This document shows, in pieces, positions 60,601 to 64,000 of a stretch of 64,000 bases of DNA. The stretch's first letter is position 1; each line of letters begins with the position of its first letter. Source of the stretch: Podarcis filfolensis (Eukaryota); NCBI GenBank assembly GCA_964270895.1, contig OZ185439.1; one strand, given 5' to 3'. The position numbers and the translations under genes were made by a program. The notes below the pieces were generated by a model. The model did no database searches. It was not told the origin of the DNA and saw only the letters and a program-made list of their open reading frames with translations.

Positions 60601-63600
60601 TCTGGTTGAATATTGAGTCATGGGTTTGGGAGTCAGATACAAATAACAGCATTCTGGGCTGAAGCATGAGACTATACATATTTTATTTTAAATTATTTCA
60701 TAAAATTTATTGTTAAAAGAAAAACCACCCCTCAAAGTAGTTTTGCACCTATTGTATGAATGGAAGTTTGCCATGCCTTGTCTCACAGTGCTTCTAGTGG
60801 GCTGCCCATAAGATAGGGTTGCCATACGTCTGGAATTTCCTGGACATATCTGGAATATTGTAGTACATTCTGCTAAGATGTCCGGGAAAATTTGGACGTA
60901 TGGCAGCCCATGTTGGCAGCATCGTTTTTGCTGATTTTCTTAAAAAGTAACTTAAAAACTTCATGTGAATCTGCCCGAAAAGATCAACAACTTTGGGCAA
61001 ACTAAGAAAAGCTCAATAACTTTGCCGGTCCGGATATGGAAACCCTCCCATAAGTTGTTGGTTCTGTTGCATGGATGCAAGTGATGGGACAGCAAAGGTT
61101 GTTCTTCCTCGTTCCTTCCCTTCCCTGCCATTTCCTTGGGGGAGCTGGTTCAGCCACATGCAGACTGGGCCCGGGGGACATGGGGCCTGAGCCTGCTTCT
61201 CTCTACTTTTCTCTCCTTCCTGCAGGGACTTACTGTGAGCAGCTAATGGATGTCTGCTCCCTGGAGCTTAGCCCCTGCCAGCATGATGCCGTATGCAGGG
61301 CTACCCCTGATGGGCCCAAGTGAGTGATTTATCAGCTACCATGGTGGCATGGGAGGAAGCAGAAAGATTTAAACCTACAGCAAACCAGGGGATTTGCAAC
61401 AGACTTCTAAAGTGGATAGGAAAGGGATGCAGCTACAGCCAGTGAGTGGCTTCTCCCTGTCCCTGCCTACAGGTGTGAATGCATGCCCGGCTTTGTGGGA
61501 GATAATTGCAGTGTAGACTATGACGACTGCCTAGACCATCGCTGCCAGAACAATGCCAAGTGCTTTGATGAGCCAAATGGGTATTCCTGCCTTTGTACTG
61601 GAGGCTACAGGTAAGGTTGTGAGATGGGCAGGAGTATATACCAGTTCAACTCATTCTAAGCTACCTGAAAATCTCAACACCTGGGATTGCCCTCTACTGG
61701 AAGAGTTCCTCTTCCACAAGGGTGGCTGGGAGAAAGAGGTACAACAAAAAGAGTGATCAGTTGTTACCAGAAGTGTCAAACAGTGATTAGTTTTAAGACC
61801 CTGGCTGTTTCCAGAGTTGTTTGACTGTGCTTATGAGATTAAAAGAATGCATCTCACATTTGCTGGGACTTTGTACCACACAAGGAGTTACATGCCTAGT
61901 GTGAATTGCTCTGCCCACCAAGGAGTCGAGACATGTTGTTCTGAACATCCTGGCAAAAGTAGTTCCTGTATATAGGGAAGTAATGTACAGAGATATACAA
62001 CATAGCTCTGTCCTGCAGCTGAGGGCAGCTTAAAAGACTCGGGGCACATGCCCATGACATAAAACTGCATAAAGGTAGAATGCCTCTGGGCAAATTAAGA
62101 GGGTGGCAGGGCCAGCTCGCCCATGAGACAAGGTGAGGCAAATGCCTCAGGTGGCCGGATCCACAGGGCAGTGGATTCAGCCTCAAAGGGATGCTGTGGT
62201 GGCAGCAACAGCTATGGTGTACTCCTTGGAGGGCAGATCTGCCACCTCCTCAACAGCCCCCCCCCACATGCCACCTCTACAGTGACTAGGGAGAAAATGG
62301 TGGGGGCTGCCTTCTGGGCATGATTCAGAGTGAGCTCCACCCCACACACAATGGCCTTTGATTCCCACTTCAACCGTCCAGTAAGGTTGACTTGATACTC
62401 TCTATGTTCCTGATGTAGATCTTCACTCACCCTTTCTTCCCTGGTTGGTGGGGGGCACACCATTTTGTGGTTCACCTCAGGTGCTAAAATGTATTGGGCT
62501 GGCCCTGTCTGCTGGACCACCCCATAAGGACACCCCTGGCCAAAGATATTCTGGTTTTCTTTATTGGTGAAGAAGCAGAAGAAACAAACTGAGTAAAGTG
62601 TGTCAGTCTTCCCTTGGGATTCAGGGCGGTGTGATGACTTGTATGTCACTTGAGTACTTGCCTTGTCCCATTCACTTGATGCCCCAGTGCAGTGAACTGG
62701 AGTGCTTTTAGAGTGCAGGGACAAAAAGGAACCAGGAAAGATCATGGGGCAACACACATGCATGTGATTCCAGGCACATTTTACTCAATCTCTGGGAAGA
62801 GGAAAATCAGAGGAGAGGGCACACTGCCTTAAAACTGTATGAGTGCCACAGGGTCCAGCTGTGGTCCTGCTAAAACCCTGTAATGTTATCCCCAAGTTGC
62901 CTCCCGCAATTTATGCCTTGTTGTGTTCTCACTCTTATCATAGTGGCCAGCTCTGTGAGATTCCACCCCATGGCTCCCTCCAACCCAGCCCATGCGAGAG
63001 GGCAGAATGCCAGAATGGTGCCAACTGTGTGGAGCTAGGCAGTCGTGCCTTATGCCAGTGCCTTCCTGGCTTTGGGGGGCCCAAATGCGAGAAGCTGCTG
63101 AGTGTCAACTTTGTGGACAGGGACACGTACCTCCAGTTCACTGATCTGCAAAACTGGCCCAGCGCCAACATCACTTTGCAGGTAAGTGTTGATTAGCAAG
63201 GCTGCCGCCTCCGCCACCCCAAGAGCGGGCATCTGCCCACACTCTTCATCCGTGCCATTTGTGGGACTGGTTGGATTGTAGAATTAATGTTTCTGCCCCT
63301 TGCTTGTTCATTCCCTCGTTCTTTGCAGGTCTCCACGGCTGAAGACAATGGGATCCTCTTATATAATGGGGACACTGACCACATGGCGGTGGAGCTGTAC
63401 CAAGGCCATGTGCGCGTCAGCTATGATCCAGGCACCTACCCCAGCTCTGCCATTTACAGGTAGCCCTCTGCCTTTGGCTTCTCCTTCCAGCTCAGAGTAC
63501 CCTCAGTCATTGAGCAAAGCTGCCCATTGACCATGAAGGCAAAAGGAAGGTTTCGGGGGTCTGGATCATGGGGAGTTAGTGCATAAGTGACAAGGAACAC

Positions 63601-63883
63601 AAGGCAAAGTGGATACGGGTGCTGCACTTCCATGCTGGATGGGTCCAGATGGCTGTGGATGCCAGATATCAGGCCAAAGGTTGGGTGCCACCAGCCTTTC
63701 CCATCCCACACCTCCCTTCTCTCCCTAGTGCAGAGACCATCAATGACGGGCAGTTCCACACTGTAGAGCTGGTGACCTTTGAGCGGATGGTAAACCTCTC
63801 CATCGATGGAGGAGACCCCATGACCATGGACGGCTTTGGCAAGGCCCACACGCTGAACTCTGAGGCTCCACTCTATGTTGGGG
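35441..63883 (+). CDS. SLIT1: Slit homolog 1, partial multi-exon CDS (30 exons, LRR D1-end to D4, EGF1-6, laminin-G); open at both ends
   Basis: 30 exons, all with AG acceptors and GT donors and compatible phases, splice to 3452 nt = 1150 full codons with no stop. Peptides match recalled SLIT1 rather than SLIT2/3 (e.g. [45 protein letters not shown]). Confidence 0.97.
35949..36020 (+). CDS. SLIT1: SLIT1 exon 6 (72 nt, LRR)
   Basis: actcag|A CAA...GTT TT|gtaagt; [24 protein letters not shown]. Confidence 0.96.
36440..36800 (+). mobile_element. Old degraded L2-clade 3' fragment
   Basis: Remnant ..GGGCCTTCTCAGTGGTGGCCCCTACTTTATGGGATACCCTCCC ([15 protein letters not shown]-like) ending in a CAA/TAA tail. 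Confidence 0.55.
37369..37440 (+). CDS. SLIT1: SLIT1 exon 7 (72 nt, LRR)
   Basis: ctgcag|G ACT...ACC TT|gtgagc; [24 protein letters not shown]. Confidence 0.96.
37839..38212 (-). mobile_element. Sauria SINE (Squam1-type), full length
   Basis: Minus-strand tRNA-like head (GGGACGCGGGTGGCGCTGTGG...GGTTCGAATCCCC) and (ACCTTT)n tail; 12-bp TSD GAATCCAGAGTA (37827-37838) / GAATGCAGAGTA (38214-38225) with one mismatch. Confidence 0.9.
38447..38610 (+). CDS. SLIT1: SLIT1 exon 8 (164 nt, LRRCT of D1)
   Basis: ctacag|C CGC...TCA G|gtcagt; [54 protein letters not shown]. Confidence 0.96.
39360..39507 (+). CDS. SLIT1: SLIT1 exon 9 (148 nt, linker + LRRNT of D2)
   Basis: ctgcag|GC CAG...GAG AT|gtgagt; [50 protein letters not shown]. 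Confidence 0.96.
40399..40470 (+). CDS. SLIT1: SLIT1 exon 10 (72 nt, LRR, D2 Robo-binding domain)
   Basis: gtgcag|A CGC...AGG AT|gtgagt; [24 protein letters not shown]. Confidence 0.96.
40779..40850 (+). CDS. SLIT1: SLIT1 exon 11 (72 nt, LRR)
   Basis: tttcag|A GAC...TCT CT|gtgagt; [24 protein letters not shown]. Confidence 0.96.
41324..41413. mobile_element. 90-bp minimal hAT MITE, copy 1
   Basis: Perfect 13-bp TIR CATAGCTGTCAAC / GTTGACAGCTATG; perfect 8-bp TSD CACTTGAC. Confidence 0.95.
41720..41791 (+). CDS. SLIT1: SLIT1 exon 12 (72 nt, LRR)
   Basis: ttccag|A GTC...CTA CT|gtaagc; [24 protein letters not shown]. Confidence 0.96.
42143..42419. mobile_element. hAT (Charlie-like) MITE, 277 bp
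   Basis: Imperfect TIRs CAGGTGTCAGCAACCT / ATCTTGCCGATCCCTG; perfect 8-bp TSD ATCTATAC. Confidence 0.88.
42713..42856 (+). CDS. SLIT1: SLIT1 exon 13 (144 nt, two LRRs)
   Basis: ctccag|G CTC...ACT CT|gtgagt; [48 protein letters not shown]. Confidence 0.96.
43392..43555 (+). CDS. SLIT1: SLIT1 exon 14 (164 nt, LRRCT of D2)
   Basis: ctacag|C CAT...TCC C|gtacga; [54 protein letters not shown]; weak donor. Confidence 0.93.
44009..44032 (+). CDS. SLIT1: SLIT1 exon 15 (24-nt microexon, D2-D3 linker)
   Basis: tcacag|CC AAA GAA CAG TAT TTC ATT CCA G|gtaagg; (P)KEQYFIP(G), matching the recalled Slit AKEQYFIP insert. Confidence 0.92.
44735..44879 (+). CDS. SLIT1: SLIT1 exon 16 (145 nt, LRRNT of D3)
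   Basis: tggcag|GT ACG...GAA CT|gtaagt; [49 protein letters not shown]. Confidence 0.96.
45559..45647 (-). mobile_element. Extremely truncated L2 3' end with (TTA)n tail
   Basis: (TTA) x about 15 followed by CCCCACCCACCTGACTGGGTTGCCTCAGCCACTC, matching the L2 3' UTR at 5415-5450. Confidence 0.7.
46255..46329 (+). CDS. SLIT1: SLIT1 exon 17 (75 nt, LRR)
   Basis: ttgcag|G CGG...AAA AT|gtgagt; [25 protein letters not shown]. Confidence 0.96.
47046..47189 (+). CDS. SLIT1: SLIT1 exon 18 (144 nt, two LRRs)
   Basis: tcccag|A AAC...ACC CT|gtaagt; [48 protein letters not shown]. Confidence 0.96.
47365..47508 (+). CDS. SLIT1: SLIT1 exon 19 (144 nt, two LRRs)
   Basis: ttccag|G ATG...ACG CT|gtgagt; [48 protein letters not shown]. 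Confidence 0.96.
47972..48138 (+). CDS. SLIT1: SLIT1 exon 20 (167 nt, LRRCT of D3)
   Basis: acccag|G AAC...GAA G|gtaact; [55 protein letters not shown]. Confidence 0.96.
48657..48692. repeat. (GT)n microsatellite in intron 20
   Basis: About 18 GT units. Confidence 0.95.
49555..49687 (+). CDS. SLIT1: SLIT1 exon 21 (133 nt, LRRNT of D4)
   Basis: tggcag|GT CAG...GAG CT|gtgagt; [45 protein letters not shown]. Confidence 0.96.
50307..50375 (+). CDS. SLIT1: SLIT1 exon 22 (69 nt, LRR)
   Basis: ttgcag|C TAC...CTG GT|gtaagt; [23 protein letters not shown]. Confidence 0.96.
51846..52181 (-). mobile_element. Composite hAT-like MITE carrying an L2 3' end
   Basis: Core 52047-52181 with TIR-like CAGACCCTCCAA / TTGGAGGGTAT; L2 3' UTR and tail at about 51880-52020; 26-bp direct repeat of the MITE sub-terminus on both sides of the L2 piece. 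Confidence 0.7.
52241..52312 (+). CDS. SLIT1: SLIT1 exon 23 (72 nt, LRR)
   Basis: ttacag|G GAT...ACT CT|gtgagt; [24 protein letters not shown]. Confidence 0.96.
53311..53523. mobile_element. Fold-back element (possible PIF/Harbinger-type MITE)
   Basis: About 45-bp imperfect inverted arms (CCTAAGG..GCTA..TTCACAGAAGGAAA / TTTCCTTCTGTGAA..TAGC..CCTTAGG), inner ACTGTGCCC / GGGCACAGT, flanked AAT|GG...CC|AAT. Confidence 0.6.
53717..53788 (+). CDS. SLIT1: SLIT1 exon 24 (72 nt, LRR)
   Basis: cctcag|G ATC...CTG CT|gtaggt; [24 protein letters not shown]. Confidence 0.96.
54271..54342 (+). CDS. SLIT1: SLIT1 exon 25 (72 nt, LRR)
   Basis: gcccag|G TCC...CAC CT|gtgagt; [24 protein letters not shown]. 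Confidence 0.96.
55520..55683 (+). CDS. SLIT1: SLIT1 exon 26 (164 nt, LRRCT of D4)
   Basis: tcacag|A GCC...CTA G|gtaagt; [54 protein letters not shown]. Confidence 0.96.
56717..56841 (+). CDS. SLIT1: SLIT1 exon 27 (125 nt, EGF1)
   Basis: atgcag|GG CCT...TAC AAG|gtgaga; [42 protein letters not shown]. Confidence 0.95.
57471..57568 (+). CDS. SLIT1: SLIT1 exon 28 (98 nt, EGF2)
   Basis: ttccag|GGC...TTC AC|gtgagt; [33 protein letters not shown]. Confidence 0.95.
59730..59819. mobile_element. 90-bp minimal hAT MITE, copy 2
   Basis: Same TIRs; perfect 8-bp TSD CTCCAAGT; 3 substitutions relative to copy 1. Confidence 0.95.
60142..60281 (+). CDS. SLIT1: SLIT1 exon 29 (140 nt, EGF2 end/EGF3)
   Basis: cgacag|G TGT...ACA G|gtaggg; [46 protein letters not shown]. 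Confidence 0.94.
60814..61047. mobile_element. hAT MITE with TAGGGTTGCCA-type termini
   Basis: TAGGGTTGCCATA ... TATGGAAACCCTC; 8-bp flanks CCATAAGA / CCATAAGT. Confidence 0.8.
61226..61319 (+). CDS. SLIT1: SLIT1 exon 30 (94 nt, EGF4)
   Basis: ctgcag|GG ACT...CCC AA|gtgagt; [32 protein letters not shown]. Confidence 0.95.
61473..61610 (+). CDS. SLIT1: SLIT1 exon 31 (138 nt, EGF4 end/EGF5)
   Basis: ctacag|G TGT...TAC AG|gtaagg; [46 protein letters not shown]. Confidence 0.95.
62107..62507. mobile_element. Old hAT (Tip100/MER91-like) element, copy 2
   Basis: CAGGGCCAGCTC...GGGCTGGCCCTG TIRs; collinear homology with 7996-8361. Confidence 0.72.
62944..63181 (+). CDS. SLIT1: SLIT1 exon 32 (238 nt, EGF5-6 linker, EGF6, start of laminin-G)
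   Basis: tcatag|T GGC...TTG CAG|gtaagt; [79 protein letters not shown]. Confidence 0.96.
63329..63459 (+). CDS. SLIT1: SLIT1 exon 33 (131 nt, laminin-G)
   Basis: ttgcag|GTC...TAC AG|gtagcc; [44 protein letters not shown]. Confidence 0.96.
63729..63883 (+). CDS. SLIT1: SLIT1 exon 34 (155 nt, laminin-G)
   Basis: ccctag|T GCA...GGG G|gtagga; [51 protein letters not shown]. Confidence 0.95.
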
Positions 63884-64000
63884 GTAGGACTGTGACTTGG
63901 GCCCAGTCCAGTTGGGGAGAAGGGGGTGAGAGAGGCTGGTATCTCTGTCACCTACATACTTGCACCTGGAGGGCACTAACTGAATGGAGAACTCCTTCAC

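Overview
This is vertebrate genomic DNA, inferred from its repeat families to come from a lacertid lizard. The whole window lies inside one plus-strand gene, SLIT1, an axon-guidance ligand. Bases 1-35440 are the distal part of a very large intron; I found no upstream SLIT1 exons there. Bases 35441-63883 hold 30 consecutive GT-AG coding exons, numbered 5-34 by analogy to the human 37-exon model recalled from memory. They splice to 3452 nt (1150 full codons, no stop) and encode LRR domains D1 (end) to D4, EGF1-6 and most of the laminin-G domain. The gene continues past both window edges. The introns carry a young 5'-truncated CR1 LINE, L2 and L1 remnants, three kinds of tRNA-derived SINE, and many hAT and Tc1/mariner MITEs, several with perfect target-site duplications (TSDs). 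Nearly all ORFs in the supplied track are spurious. The most unusual observations are: (1) a 24-nt microexon with neural-splicing motifs next to a weak C|GTACGA donor that recodes the junction; (2) a Tc2-like MITE filled with a 109-bp minisatellite made of nested palindromes; (3) a four-fold tandem repeat at the CR1 5' truncation point; (4) a 90-bp minimal hAT MITE present twice; (5) a MITE carrying an L2 3' end; (6) one CR1-type SINE tail attached to two different tRNA heads; (7) an unpaired cysteine in EGF1. I did not find a wholly new gene system.
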